This document shows, piece by piece, positions 20,517-30,121 of a DNA stretch of 64,000 nucleotides; positions within the stretch are counted from its first letter, which is position 1, and every line of letters starts with the position of its first letter. The stretch spans positions 258,326 to 322,325 of the forward strand of contig CAWJMT010000037.1 in the NCBI GenBank assembly GCA_963844035.1. The letters run 5' to 3'. The notes beneath the pieces were generated by a model, which saw only the letters and a list, made by a program, of their open reading frames with translations, ran no database searches and was not told the origin of the DNA. Position numbers and translations under genes: made by a program. The stretch comes from an uncultured Gemmatimonadales bacterium (GTDB taxonomy: Bacteria; Gemmatimonadota; Gemmatimonadetes; Gemmatimonadales; GWC2-71-9).

Positions 20517-20786
20517 ATGGCGCGGCGCACGATCGTGGTGGACGGCGAGAACTGGGAGGTGTACCCCTCCGGGCGCCGGACCGTGTACGACAAGGATCAG
20601 TTCGGGCTCGTATTCCAGCAGGGCACCGGTCCCGACCGGAAGCGGCGCTTCACCCGCTACGCGCCGGTCGGCAGCCGCGGCGTCGACGCATCGCTCACCG
20701 GCATCCCCGAACGCCGGCTCCTCGACCTGTTTCACGAGTCGCAGCCGGCCTGGACCTCGCCGGAAGGATCCTATGGCGTGCGTTGA
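20517..20786 (+). CDS. Hypothetical protein
   Basis: MARRTIVVDGENWEVYPSGR...SQPAWTSPEGSYGVR. Tight operon packing and coding-like codon usage. Confidence 0.65.
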   Translation: MARRTIVVDGENWEVYPSGRRTVYDKDQFGLVFQQGTGPDRKRRFTRYAPVGSRGVDASLTGIPERRLLDLFHESQPAWTSPEGSYGVR

Positions 20787-21612
20787 TCTCCACTGCCATT
20801 CGACCGCCTCCGACGGAGAGTGTCCCCCGGCCGAGGTCGTCCAGCGGGCCAAGCAGGCCAAGCTCACGGCGATCGCCCTCACCGATCACGACACCACCGA
20901 AGGAATGGAAGAGGCAGTCCGGGAGGGCGAGGCGGTCGGCGTGCGCGTGATCTGCGGTTGCGAGTTCAGCACCCGCGCTCCGTGGGGAGAGCTGCACCTC
21001 CTGGGATACTTCCTCGACGCGACCCATGCGGGGCTCCAGGCGTTCCTGGTGGAGACCCGCGCCGCCCGGCGGCGGCGCGGCGAGCAGATGGTGAGCAAGC
21101 TCCAGGCGCTGGGCATTGCGATCGACCTCGCGGACCTGGAGGAGCAGGTGGGCGCCGGCGCGGTGGGACGCCCGCACGTGGCACGCGCGCTGGTGGAGCG
21201 GGGCGCCAGCGCTGACATCAACGAGGCGTTTGAGCGCTACCTCGGCCGCGGTCGTATCGCGTACGTCGAGAAGCCGCTTCCGTCGCTGGTCCGCGTCACG
21301 GAGTTGGTGCATGAAGTCGGCGGCCTGGCGGTCGCGGCGCACCTGGGGGACCACGGCACGGAGGGGCAGATTCGCGAGTTCAAGGCGCAGGGACTCGATG
21401 GCGTCGAAGTGCGTCACCCGAGCCACTCCGAGGCTACGGAGGCGAGGTTGATCCGCATCGCCGAGCGTCTCGGGCTTGGGATGAGCGGCGGATCGGATTG
21501 GCATGGCGACAGCGAGTTCGGCAACTCGCATGCGCCGCTCGGAGGGCTCGAGATTCCGCTCGAATGGTTGGAACGGCTCGAGACGAGGCGCAAGGAGGCG
21601 CAACGCTCATGA
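20773..21612 (+). CDS. PHP-domain phosphoesterase (TrpH/YciV-like)
   Basis: DLHCHSTASDG, ALTDHDT, GRPHVA and GGSDWHG. Confidence 0.9.
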   Translation: MACVDLHCHSTASDGECPPAEVVQRAKQAKLTAIALTDHDTTEGMEEAVREGEAVGVRVICGCEFSTRAPWGELHLLGYFLDATHAGLQAFLVETRAARRRRGEQMVSKLQALGIAIDLADLEEQVGAGAVGRPHVARALVERGASADINEAFERYLGRGRIAYVEKPLPSLVRVTELVHEVGGLAVAAHLGDHGTEGQIREFKAQGLDGVEVRHPSHSEATEARLIRIAERLGLGMSGGSDWHGDSEFGNSHAPLGGLEIPLEWLERLETRRKEAQRS

Positions 21613-22067
21613 GCGATCTACTGAAGGTGGGGAGCAAGGCGCCGGCGTTCACGGCGGCCGCCTCGGATGGCAAGACCTACACGCTGTCCGATCTATTGAA
21701 GCGCGGACCCGTGGCGCTTGTGATGTACCCGGCCAACAATACGCCCGGGTGCAACCGGCAGCTCTCGTGCGTGCGTGACGAGATAGCGGACTTCGCGGCA
21801 CACGGCATCCAGCCGTTCGGCGTCAATCCCGCGGGAGTCGAGAGTCACGCGAATTTCGTCGAGAAGATGAAGTTCAATTTCCCCCTCCTCTCCGATCCCG
21901 ACCGCGCGATTGCCCGCGCCTATCATGCGCTGAAAGATGACGACCGGGGAATCCAGCGCTCGGTGTACGTCATCGGCCGGAACGGACAGATCGCGTTTGC
22001 GCAGCGCGGTGCCCCGCCGGTCAGCGAGATCGTCGCCGCGGTGGACGCGGGCGGCCGTGGCCCCTGA
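21609..22067 (+). CDS. Peroxiredoxin, BCP/PrxQ-like
   Basis: YPANNTPGC peroxidatic motif, FPLLSDPD and RSVYVIG. Confidence 0.88.
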   Translation: MSDLLKVGSKAPAFTAAASDGKTYTLSDLLKRGPVALVMYPANNTPGCNRQLSCVRDEIADFAAHGIQPFGVNPAGVESHANFVEKMKFNFPLLSDPDRAIARAYHALKDDDRGIQRSVYVIGRNGQIAFAQRGAPPVSEIVAAVDAGGRGP

Positions 22068-22782
22068 CCTTCGGGGTAAAGTTGCGCTGATCACCGGCGT
22101 CGGGCGCGTGGGACAGATCGGTCATGCCGTGGCGCTTGGGCTTGGGCAGGCAGGCGCCAAGCTCGTGATCGCGGACGTCAACGCCGCGCCGCTCGCCGAG
22201 CGTACGAAAGAGTTCACGGCCCAGGGGTTCGATGTCCGGTCGTCGGCGGGCGATCTCACCACGCCCGAAGCCGCGCGGCAGGCGGTGGCCACCGCGACCG
22301 CGCAGTTCGGTGGGCTCGACATCGTGGTCAACGTCGCCGGCGGACTGCTGAACTACGGGTCGGCCCTCGATCTCACCCCTGACAAGCTCGACCGCGAGCT
22401 CGCCGTCAACGTCAAAACCACCTTCTACGTGTCTCAGGCAGCGATCCCCGCGCTGCGCGCCCGCGGTGGCGGGGCGATCGTGAACTTCGCCTCGGCTGCG
22501 GTGCTCAAGCCGCAGAGCCAGATGGCTGGATACATGGCGGCCAAGTCGGCCGTGGCCGGGCTAACGCGCGCCCTGGCGCTCGAGTTCCGGGACGACGGCG
22601 TCCGGGTCAATGCGGTTGCGCCCGGGACGATGCGCACCGCCGACAACCTGGCGCAGATGAAAGCCGCCGGCATCCGCTGGATCGAGCTCGAAGACCTCGT
22701 CAAGGCCGTGCTCTACCTCGCGAGCGATGACGCGAAAGGGATCTCGGGCGAGATCCTTCCCGTCACGGGCGGGGACGTCTAG
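22057..22782 (+). CDS. SDR family oxidoreductase
   Basis: TGVGRVGQIG, YMAAK and RVNAVAPG. Confidence 0.88.
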   Translation: MAPDLRGKVALITGVGRVGQIGHAVALGLGQAGAKLVIADVNAAPLAERTKEFTAQGFDVRSSAGDLTTPEAARQAVATATAQFGGLDIVVNVAGGLLNYGSALDLTPDKLDRELAVNVKTTFYVSQAAIPALRARGGGAIVNFASAAVLKPQSQMAGYMAAKSAVAGLTRALALEFRDDGVRVNAVAPGTMRTADNLAQMKAAGIRWIELEDLVKAVLYLASDDAKGISGEILPVTGGDV

Positions 22783-22786
22783 CTCC

Positions 22787-23518
22787 GTGGACCTGTCCGG
22801 CCGGCGGGCGCTTGTGACCGGAGCCGGCCGCCGCGTGGGGCAGGCGATTGCGCTCGGGCTCGCTCACGCCGGCTGCGATCTCGCCCTTCACTATCACGGC
22901 GCGCGTGAGGGCGCCGAGGCCACCGCGCGCGACGTGCGGGGCGGCGGCCGCCGCGCCGTCCTCCTCCAGGCGGACCTGCGGGACGCCACCGCCGCTCGCG
23001 GCCTCGCCGACCAGGCGGCTGCACAGCTTGGCGGGCTCGACATCGTCGTCAATTCCGCCGGCGTCATGTTCCGACAACGGGTCGAGGACGTGACCCCAGA
23101 GACCTGGGACGCGACGTTCGCCCTCAACCTGCGAGCCTATTTCTTCGTCGCCCAGGGCGCGATCCGGCACCTCCGGCCGGTGCGCGGCCGCATCGTGAAT
23201 CTCGCCGACATCGCCGCCTTCGAATCCTGGCCGGAGTACGTGCCGCACACGGTCAGCAAGGCGGGTGTGGTCGCGCTGACGCAGGGACTGGCACGCGCGC
23301 TCGCCCCCGAAATCACCGTCAACGCCGTGGCTCCCGGCGCGGTCCTGCTCCCGGAGACGTGGGATGAGTCGACGCGCGCGCATTTCGCCGCGACCACGCC
23401 GCTCGGGAGGCTCGGCAGCCCGGACGACGTCGTGCGCGCCGTGCGCTACCTGCTCGAGGGCGGCGACTATGTGACGGGAACGACCTTGGTGGTGGACGGG
23501 GGCCGTCTCATCCGGTGA
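22787..23518 (+). CDS. SDR family oxidoreductase, pteridine-reductase-like
   Basis: TGAGRRVG, ALHYH, HTVSK and VNAVAPGAVL. Confidence 0.85.
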   Translation: MDLSGRRALVTGAGRRVGQAIALGLAHAGCDLALHYHGAREGAEATARDVRGGGRRAVLLQADLRDATAARGLADQAAAQLGGLDIVVNSAGVMFRQRVEDVTPETWDATFALNLRAYFFVAQGAIRHLRPVRGRIVNLADIAAFESWPEYVPHTVSKAGVVALTQGLARALAPEITVNAVAPGAVLLPETWDESTRAHFAATTPLGRLGSPDDVVRAVRYLLEGGDYVTGTTLVVDGGRLIR

Positions 23519-24612
23519 GCGACGGCGTCGTGATGCGGGACGTGATCGTGGTGGGGGGCGGATGCTACGGCACCTTCTACGCCACCCAGCTCGCGAAGGC
23601 CAAGGAGCGAGGCAAGGCGCGGTTCCGCAAGGTCGTCGTCGTGGACCGCGACCCCGATTGCCGCGCGCACCGCGAGCTCGGCGACGCCGCCGACCGGGAG
23701 TTCGTTGCGCGTGATTGGACCGGGTACTTCGATGCCTTTCTCGGATCGTCGGAGCCCGTGGCGCCCGGCGCGCCGCAGGACTTCATCGTGCCCTCGCCCT
23801 TGATGCCGCATCTCATGTTCGAGTGGGTGGTGCGGCGCGCCCGCGCCCGCTGGCCCGATCGTCCCGTCTCGGTCGGTCCCGTGCCGGGCGCGCTGGGAAC
23901 CCCGTACGATCGCACCGCGCCCGACCACACCCGCTACGTCTCCTTTGCCGACTGGATTTGCCCGACGCACTGCATCGAGCCCGCCATCTGTCCCGCCATC
24001 GCCGCGCCGCGTACCTGGGAGATGAGCACGGCCATCGGACAGCTGGTGGAGCGGCTGCGGCTGGCCGGCGAGCCCGTGGCGGGCTCCGCGTTGTTCGTGT
24101 GCCGCCATCACGTATTCGGCGTGGGCACCTTCGGTGTCGAGGCGGTGTTGGCTGGGGACTCCGTGGTCGCAAGCGCCGGCGCGAACGGCGACACCGCCGC
24201 GGTGCTGGTAGGTACCATCAGCGCATGTCACGGGGCGGTGAATCTGCTCACCATCGGACGGTCGCCCTCCACCGCCTTCGACCGCCATGCTATCCTCACC
24301 ACCGCCCGCGACCTGTTCAACGCCGGCGCCTACTGGGAAGCGCACGAAGCCCTCGAAACCGTTTGGCGTTCTATTATTAGTGAAGACGAAGCGCGGGTCT
24401 GGCAGGGATTGATTCAAGCGGCCGCGGCGCTGCTGCACCAGCAGCGCAACAACCGCCACGGTGTCGAGGTTGTCGGCGGCGCCGCCCTCGAGAAGCTCGC
24501 CGGGCCCGCGCGACCGGACGTGGAGTTCGAGACCATCACCTTCCGCGCACAGCTGGCGCGGGCCCTCACGGGGGAGGGGGATCCCCCGCGATTGGAATTC
24601 AGAACGGGATGA
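23515..24612 (+). CDS. Rossmann-like Cys-rich protein fused to a DUF309 domain
   Basis: VVGGGCYG, WICPTHCIEPAICP and TISACHG, then C-terminal YWEAHEALETVW...QGLIQAAA (DUF309). Confidence 0.75.
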   Translation: MSDGVVMRDVIVVGGGCYGTFYATQLAKAKERGKARFRKVVVVDRDPDCRAHRELGDAADREFVARDWTGYFDAFLGSSEPVAPGAPQDFIVPSPLMPHLMFEWVVRRARARWPDRPVSVGPVPGALGTPYDRTAPDHTRYVSFADWICPTHCIEPAICPAIAAPRTWEMSTAIGQLVERLRLAGEPVAGSALFVCRHHVFGVGTFGVEAVLAGDSVVASAGANGDTAAVLVGTISACHGAVNLLTIGRSPSTAFDRHAILTTARDLFNAGAYWEAHEALETVWRSIISEDEARVWQGLIQAAAALLHQQRNNRHGVEVVGGAALEKLAGPARPDVEFETITFRAQLARALTGEGDPPRLEFRTG

Positions 24613-25574
24613 CCGAGCCTAAGAATAGCGACTACGACGTCATCATCGTCGGTGCCGGACCGGCAGGTCTGTGCGCCGCGATGTATGCCGGTCGTGGGAT
24701 GCTCAAAGGCCTCCTGATCGAGCGCGGTGCCCCCGGTGGCGAGCTTCTCAACACCGATCTGATCGAGGACTACATCGGCTTCGCCAGCATCAAGGGGTGG
24801 GATCTCGCGCAGAAGATGACCGAGCACGCCAAGAATTTCGGCGCGCAGATCGAAACCGACACCGTCGAGTCCATCCGCAAGGGCGACGACGGGCTCTTCG
24901 AGGTCCGGACCGCGCGGCAGCGCACGTATCGCGCACCCGCGGTGATCCTCACCGCCGGCGGCACCCCGGTCAAACTGGGGGTCCCGGGCGAGAAGGAGTA
25001 CGCGGGGAAGGGCGTCTCGTACTGCGCCGTCTGCGACGGCGCGTTCTTCAAGGACGAGGTGTTGGCCGTCGTCGGCGGGGGCGATGCCGCGGTGGAGGAA
25101 GCCGACTACCTCACCCGGTACGCCAGCAAGGTCTACATCGTGCACCGCCGGGATCAGTTCCGGGCGTCGCGGATCCTCCAGGATCGCGCGTTCGCGAACC
25201 CCAAGATCGAGGTCGTCTGGAACAAGCAGGTGGTCGAGGTGAAGGGGAACGCCAGGGGCGTGGAGCACCTCGAGCTGCAGGACACGCAAACCGGACAACA
25301 CTCGCAGCTTGTGGTGGGTGGCGTATTCGTGTTCGTCGGGTTCAAGCCCAACAATGGGCTCGTACAGGGGCATTTCCAGCACGACGCCGGCGGCTACCTG
25401 ATCACCGACGACCGGATGATGACATCGATCCCGGGCCTGTTTGCGGCGGGGGATGTGCGCAGCCAGCTTACGCGTCAGATCACCACCGCCGTCGGTGACG
25501 CGACGACCGCCGCGATCGCCGTGGAGAAGTATCTCGCGGCGCTGCGGGAGAAGGAAAAGGCCGCCGTCGCGTGA
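24609..25574 (+). CDS. trxB: Thioredoxin-disulfide reductase
   Basis: GAGPAG, GVSYCAVCDG, VVGGGDAA and TSIPGLFAAGD. Confidence 0.95.
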   Translation: MTEPKNSDYDVIIVGAGPAGLCAAMYAGRGMLKGLLIERGAPGGELLNTDLIEDYIGFASIKGWDLAQKMTEHAKNFGAQIETDTVESIRKGDDGLFEVRTARQRTYRAPAVILTAGGTPVKLGVPGEKEYAGKGVSYCAVCDGAFFKDEVLAVVGGGDAAVEEADYLTRYASKVYIVHRRDQFRASRILQDRAFANPKIEVVWNKQVVEVKGNARGVEHLELQDTQTGQHSQLVVGGVFVFVGFKPNNGLVQGHFQHDAGGYLITDDRMMTSIPGLFAAGDVRSQLTRQITTAVGDATTAAIAVEKYLAALREKEKAAVA

Positions 25575-26212
25575 TGAAGGTCGTGTCGGTCCCCAACGGC
25601 CGCTTCATGGAAAACTGCTATCTCGTCGCCGACGAGGCCCGCGGGGAGTGCGCGGTCATCGACCCGGGCGAAGACACGGCGTTGATCGGTCGCGCGCTCG
25701 AGGATGTGGGGATGCGGCCCGTCGCCATCTGGCTGACGCATGCGCACATCGACCACGTGGTGGGTGTCCCGGAGCTGAAGCGGATCACGGGCGCTCCGGT
25801 GTATCTGCATCCGGACGACCGCCCGCTGTACGACCGGGTCGTGCAGCAGGCCGCGGCGTTCGGGATGCGGGCGAGTCCCCTCCCGCCCCCCGACCGCGCG
25901 TTCGCCCACGGCGACCAGATCCGGGTGGGGGACCTCGCGTTCGCCGTGCGTCATACGCCGGGTCATTCCCCCGGCAGCGTGTCGCTCGTGGGGTCGGACG
26001 CCGTGTTCGTGGGGGATGTGCTGTTTCAGGGGTCGATCGGTCGCTGCGACCTGCCGGGCGGCGACATGGACACGCTGTTGCAAAGCATCCGGCGGGAGTT
26101 GCTCAGCCTGCCCGATGACACCATCGTGTACAGCGGCCATGGACCCGAGACCAGCATCGGACGCGAGCGCGCCTCCAACCCGTTCCTCACCGGCGCCTAC
26201 CGTCTTGCGTAG
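25571..26212 (+). CDS. MBL-fold metallo-hydrolase (glyoxalase II-like)
   Basis: THAHIDH, TPGHSPG, GDVLF, SGHGP and ERASNPF. Confidence 0.9.
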   Translation: MMKVVSVPNGRFMENCYLVADEARGECAVIDPGEDTALIGRALEDVGMRPVAIWLTHAHIDHVVGVPELKRITGAPVYLHPDDRPLYDRVVQQAAAFGMRASPLPPPDRAFAHGDQIRVGDLAFAVRHTPGHSPGSVSLVGSDAVFVGDVLFQGSIGRCDLPGGDMDTLLQSIRRELLSLPDDTIVYSGHGPETSIGRERASNPFLTGAYRLA

Positions 26213-26327
26213 CGCTCCACCCACCTGCCTGCGGTGCGGGACGGTGGTGCGCCCCAAGCCGTGGGGTTGCAAGAACCCCTGTTCGAACTGCGGCTTTATT
26301 TACCCGTTGGGCGACTGCTCTGATTGA
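26205..26327 (+). CDS. Putative 40-aa six-cysteine zinc-finger microprotein
   Basis: TTG start overlapping the MBL stop. CLRCG...GCKNPCSNCGFIYPLGDCSD* fills the gap to the next gene. Confidence 0.55.
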   Translation: MRSAPPTCLRCGTVVRPKPWGCKNPCSNCGFIYPLGDCSD

Positions 26328-26331
26328 GGGC

Positions 26332-27231
26332 GTGGTCCCGGCGCACCTGCTGGCCCTGGCGCTCATGGCGCTCGATTGCCTCGTGCGCGCGTGGCGGATT
26401 CAGCTCTCCGTGTGGACCGTCGGCGGCTATCTGAGCTTCGGATCAGCGCTGCGCCTGAACATGTACGGTGAAGCGGCCTCGACGCTGACCCCAAACCGCC
26501 TCGGAGGGGAGCCGGCGCGATTCCTCGGCCTCACGGAGGCGAAGGTCCGGCCGGTGACGAGCCTGGTTGCACTTGGAGTGGAGGTCGCTGCCGAGTGGCC
26601 GGTGTTCGCGTTCGTCGGTGTCGCGCTGTTGGCCTACTACGTGCCGGACTGGCAAACCGCAGCCGGCGAGTGGCTCCGCCGCCATCGGGCTCGCGAGCTG
26701 GTGGCGATCGAGCTCGTCGCGCTTCTCATTCTGGGTGTGATCTATCTGATGCAGCGCCTGGTCCGCTCCGGGATGATCCGCCACCGGGTCCGGCGACAGT
26801 GGCGCGTGGCCTGGGCCCACGTGCGCCGTGCCCCGCTGTGGGTGCTCGGCGTGGGTGCCTTGCTGACGGTCGTCAGCCTCGCGGCTCGCGCGCTGGTCCT
26901 GTTCGCGCTCGCGCTGGCCTTGCCGGAGCGCCCCGCGTTCGGGACGATGTTCTTCGGCGCCCTGGCCTTGCTGCATGCGCCCCTGGTCCTGCCGCTCCCG
27001 TCGGGCGGTGGAGGGGTGGAGGTAGGGTTCCTCTCCGGTCTTGCCGGCGATTTCGGTCCCCACGCGGTGAGCATCCTGCTGCTGTGGCGGTTCTACACCG
27101 CTGTGCTCCTCACCCTCATCGGCGGCTACCTGCTCATCCGCAGTGTTGGGTATCATGCGACCACGCAGCTCTTGAGAATCGGCTGGGGTAAGCGATCCAA
27201 GCCCGGAGAGACGGCAGGGGGTGGGGGATGA
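26332..27231 (+). CDS. Flippase-like membrane protein (lysylphosphatidylglycerol synthase TM family)
   Basis: TPNRLGGEPAR, PSGGGGVE and LLWRFYT motifs in a multi-TM protein. Confidence 0.8.
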   Translation: MVPAHLLALALMALDCLVRAWRIQLSVWTVGGYLSFGSALRLNMYGEAASTLTPNRLGGEPARFLGLTEAKVRPVTSLVALGVEVAAEWPVFAFVGVALLAYYVPDWQTAAGEWLRRHRARELVAIELVALLILGVIYLMQRLVRSGMIRHRVRRQWRVAWAHVRRAPLWVLGVGALLTVVSLAARALVLFALALALPERPAFGTMFFGALALLHAPLVLPLPSGGGGVEVGFLSGLAGDFGPHAVSILLLWRFYTAVLLTLIGGYLLIRSVGYHATTQLLRIGWGKRSKPGETAGGGG

Positions 27232-28647
27232 AATCGGTGAGTGGGACGCGGATCGAGCACGACTCCCTGGGCGAATTGCCCGTGCCCGCGGAGGCGCTGT
27301 ACGGCATCCAGACGGAACGGGCGCGTCACAACTTCCCCATTTCCGGGCTGTCGCCGCTCGCCCCGTTTGTCGATGCCGTGATCTGGATCAAGAAGGCCGC
27401 GGCCATTACGCACCGCCACACCAAGCGGCTCGAGGCCACGCTGGCCGACGCCATCGTCCGCGCCGCCGATGAGATTCTGGCCGGGGCGTACCGCGATCAG
27501 TTCGTCGTCGATCCCTATCAGGCAGGCGCGGGCACGTCGCACAACATGAACTGCAACGAAGTGCTCGCCAATCGCGCCAACGAGCTGCTGGGCGGAAAGC
27601 GCGGGGCGTATCAGCCGATCCATCCCAACGATCACGTCAACATGGCGCAGTCCACCAACGACGTGATCCCCACCGCGATCCGCCTGGCCGCGCTCGCGCA
27701 GCTGCCGGGGCTGCTCGCAGGCGCTCGACCGGCTCAGCCGCGCGTTGCTCGCGAAGGGCACGGCTTTCGATGCCATCCTCAAGTCGGGGCGCACGCATCT
27801 GCAGGACGCGACCCCCATCCGGCTGGGCCAGGAGTTCACCGCGTATGGGCACACTGTCACCCGCAGCCGGGATCGCATCGCCCAGGCGGCCGACGCGCTT
27901 CGCGATCTCGGGATCGGCGGCAGCGCGGTCGGGACTGGCTTGAACGTCGAGGCACGCTATCCCGCGCTGATGATCGAGCAGTTGCGAGCGATCACCGGGC
28001 TCGAGCTGCGCGAGGGCACGGACCGCGTACAGCTGATGCAGTCCATGGGGGACGCCGTGGCGTTCGCGGGGGCGCTGCGCGGCTACGCGGTGGACCTGGG
28101 GAAGATCGCGAATGACATTCGTCTCCTCGCCTCGGGCCCGCGCACCGGTTTGGGCGAAATCGTACTGCCTCCGGTGCAGCCCGGCTCGAGCATCATGCCC
28201 GGCAAAGTGAACCCGTCGATCGCCGAGATGGTGAACATGGTGTGCTACCAGACCCTCGGGAACGATCTGGTGGTGGCGACCGCCGCCGAGGCGGGACAGC
28301 TCGAGCTGAACGTGATGATGCCGGTGATCGCCCACAACCTGCTCTTCGCGGAGAAGATTCTCACCACCGCGAGCACCGTGTTCGCCGAGCGCTGCGTCGA
28401 TGGGATAGCGGCGGATCCGAAGCAGGCCGCGTACTGGCTGGAGCGCAGTCCGGCGATCGTGACGGCGCTCGCGCCCAAGCTGGGCTACGAGCAGGCCGCG
28501 CAGCTCGCGAAGGAAGCGGTGGAGAGGAATCTGACCGTGCGCGAGCTGGTGCGGGAAAAGGGGTTGCTCACGGAGCAAGAGCTGAAAGAGGTGCTGGATC
28601 TGCGCGCGATGACCGAGCTGGGGGTTCCCGGCAAGCGGTCCAAGTAG
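27228..28647 (+). CDS. Aspartate ammonia-lyase or class II fumarase (frame break near 27720)
   Basis: YGIQTERA, HPNDHVNMAQSTND, GRTHLQDA and GSSIMPGKVNP signature. Confidence 0.88.
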
Positions 28648-28712
28648 CGCACCCGCCCCTCTCGGGAAGAGGCCGTCCCTGTGCGAGAATCCGCCCCCGG
28701 GCGGGGCTGCCA

Positions 28713-28741
28713 TTGAATCCCGACACCCGGCGTCGCATATT
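28713..28741 (+). promoter_or_regulatory. Putative sigma70 promoter TTGAAT-17-CATATT, 6 nt before rrf2 ATG (leaderless-type)
   Basis: ttgaat cccgacacccggcgtcg catatt ccaccc ATG. Confidence 0.55.
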
Positions 28742-28747
28742 CCACCC

Positions 28748-29200
28748 ATGCGGATTACGACTTGGGGTGAGTACGGGCTGATCGTCTCCCTCAACCTGGC
28801 ACGCCAGGCGGGCACCGGACCGATTGCGGCCCGCGAGCTCGCCGAGGCCGAAAAACTCCCCCACGACTACGTTGAGCAGATCCTCCTTCGCCTGCGGCGC
28901 GCCGGACTGGTCGAGTCGGTGCGTGGCGCGAAGGGCGGGTACCACTTGGCGCGCCCCCCGCACGCCATCAGCGTCAAGGATGTGATGGACGCGTCGGAGC
29001 ATGCCACCTTCGAAGTCAACTGCGATCGCCACCCGGTCAATCAGGATCGATGTAGCGCGGATGCGTCGTGCAGTATCCGGCCGGTGTGGCGGATGCTCGA
29101 GCAGCGGATCAACGAGCTGCTGTCGGGCTTCTCACTCGCCGACCTCCTGCATGACGAGCCCGAGGTCTACCAGATCGCCGGGGTCATGGCCGGGAACTAA
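28748..29200 (+). CDS. Rrf2 family regulator with three Cys (IscR/CymR-like)
   Basis: YVEQIL, VESVRGAKGGY and C-x9-C-x5-C. Confidence 0.9.
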   Translation: MRITTWGEYGLIVSLNLARQAGTGPIAARELAEAEKLPHDYVEQILLRLRRAGLVESVRGAKGGYHLARPPHAISVKDVMDASEHATFEVNCDRHPVNQDRCSADASCSIRPVWRMLEQRINELLSGFSLADLLHDEPEVYQIAGVMAGN

Positions 29201-29274
29201 GTCCCGCTGGCCGCGTTGTCTGTTGGACCCGAACCCGACTCCACCGGTCGGGTTCAACCCGTTTGGAGGCTGAT

Positions 29275-30121
29275 GTGGACTACGCGCATCCTGAAGTGCT
29301 CGTCTCGACCGAGTGGGTGGCCGCCCATGCCGAGCGATACGAACGTCCGCTTGATCGAAGTGGACGTGGACACGACCGCGTACGATTCCGGTCATATCGC
29401 CGGCGCCGCGGGATGGAACTGGCAATCCCAGCTGAACGACGCGGTGCGGCGCGACATTCCCGACGCGGCCGCCTTCGCCCGCCTGATGGGCCAGGCCGGC
29501 GTGACGCCCGCGACCACCGTGGTGCTGTACGGCGACAACAACAACTGGTTCGCCGCGTTCGCCTTCTGGCTGCTGCAGCTGTATGGTCACACCAACGCAA
29601 AACTGATGAACGGCGGGCGCGCGAAGTGGTCGGCCGAGGGCCGCCCGCTCGTCACGACGACGCCGACCGCAGCCGCGATCACGTATCCGGTTCCGAAGCA
29701 GGTCAACGCGCGGATCCGTGCCATGCGGTCCGATGTCGAGCGCGCGATCGGCGCGAAACAGATCGGACTGGTCGATGTGCGCTCACCCGCGGAGTACAAG
29801 GGCGACATCATCGCGCCTCCCGGAATGACGGAGACCGCGCAGCGGCCCGGACACATTCCCGGTGCCCGCAGCGTTCCCTGGGGGCAAGCGGTCGCGCCCG
29901 ATGGCACGTTCAAGCCGCGCGATCAACTGGAGCAGCTGTACGAGTCGGTGCTGGCGAAGGACGAAGTGATCGCCTACTGCCGCATCGGGGAGCGCTCCAG
30001 CCACACGTGGTTCGCGCTGACGTATCTGTTGGGTCGCAAGCAAGTCCGGAACTACGACGGCTCGTGGACGGAGTGGGGCAACCTCGTCGGAGCACCGATC
30101 GCGAAGGGGTCGGAGCCGTGA
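29275..30121 (+). CDS. Tandem-domain thiosulfate sulfurtransferase (rhodanese), frame break near N-terminus
   Basis: YAHPEVLVSTEW, GHIAGA, YCRIGERSS active loop and NYDGSWTEWGN. Confidence 0.9.

Noticed and set aside
29231..29255. 9-bp hairpin gaacccgac/gtcgggttc between rrf2 and rhodanese as a riboswitch
   Set aside because: A single stem with no SAM or other aptamer consensus. It may be a processing or stability hairpin like that in iscR-iscS, but nothing further supports this.
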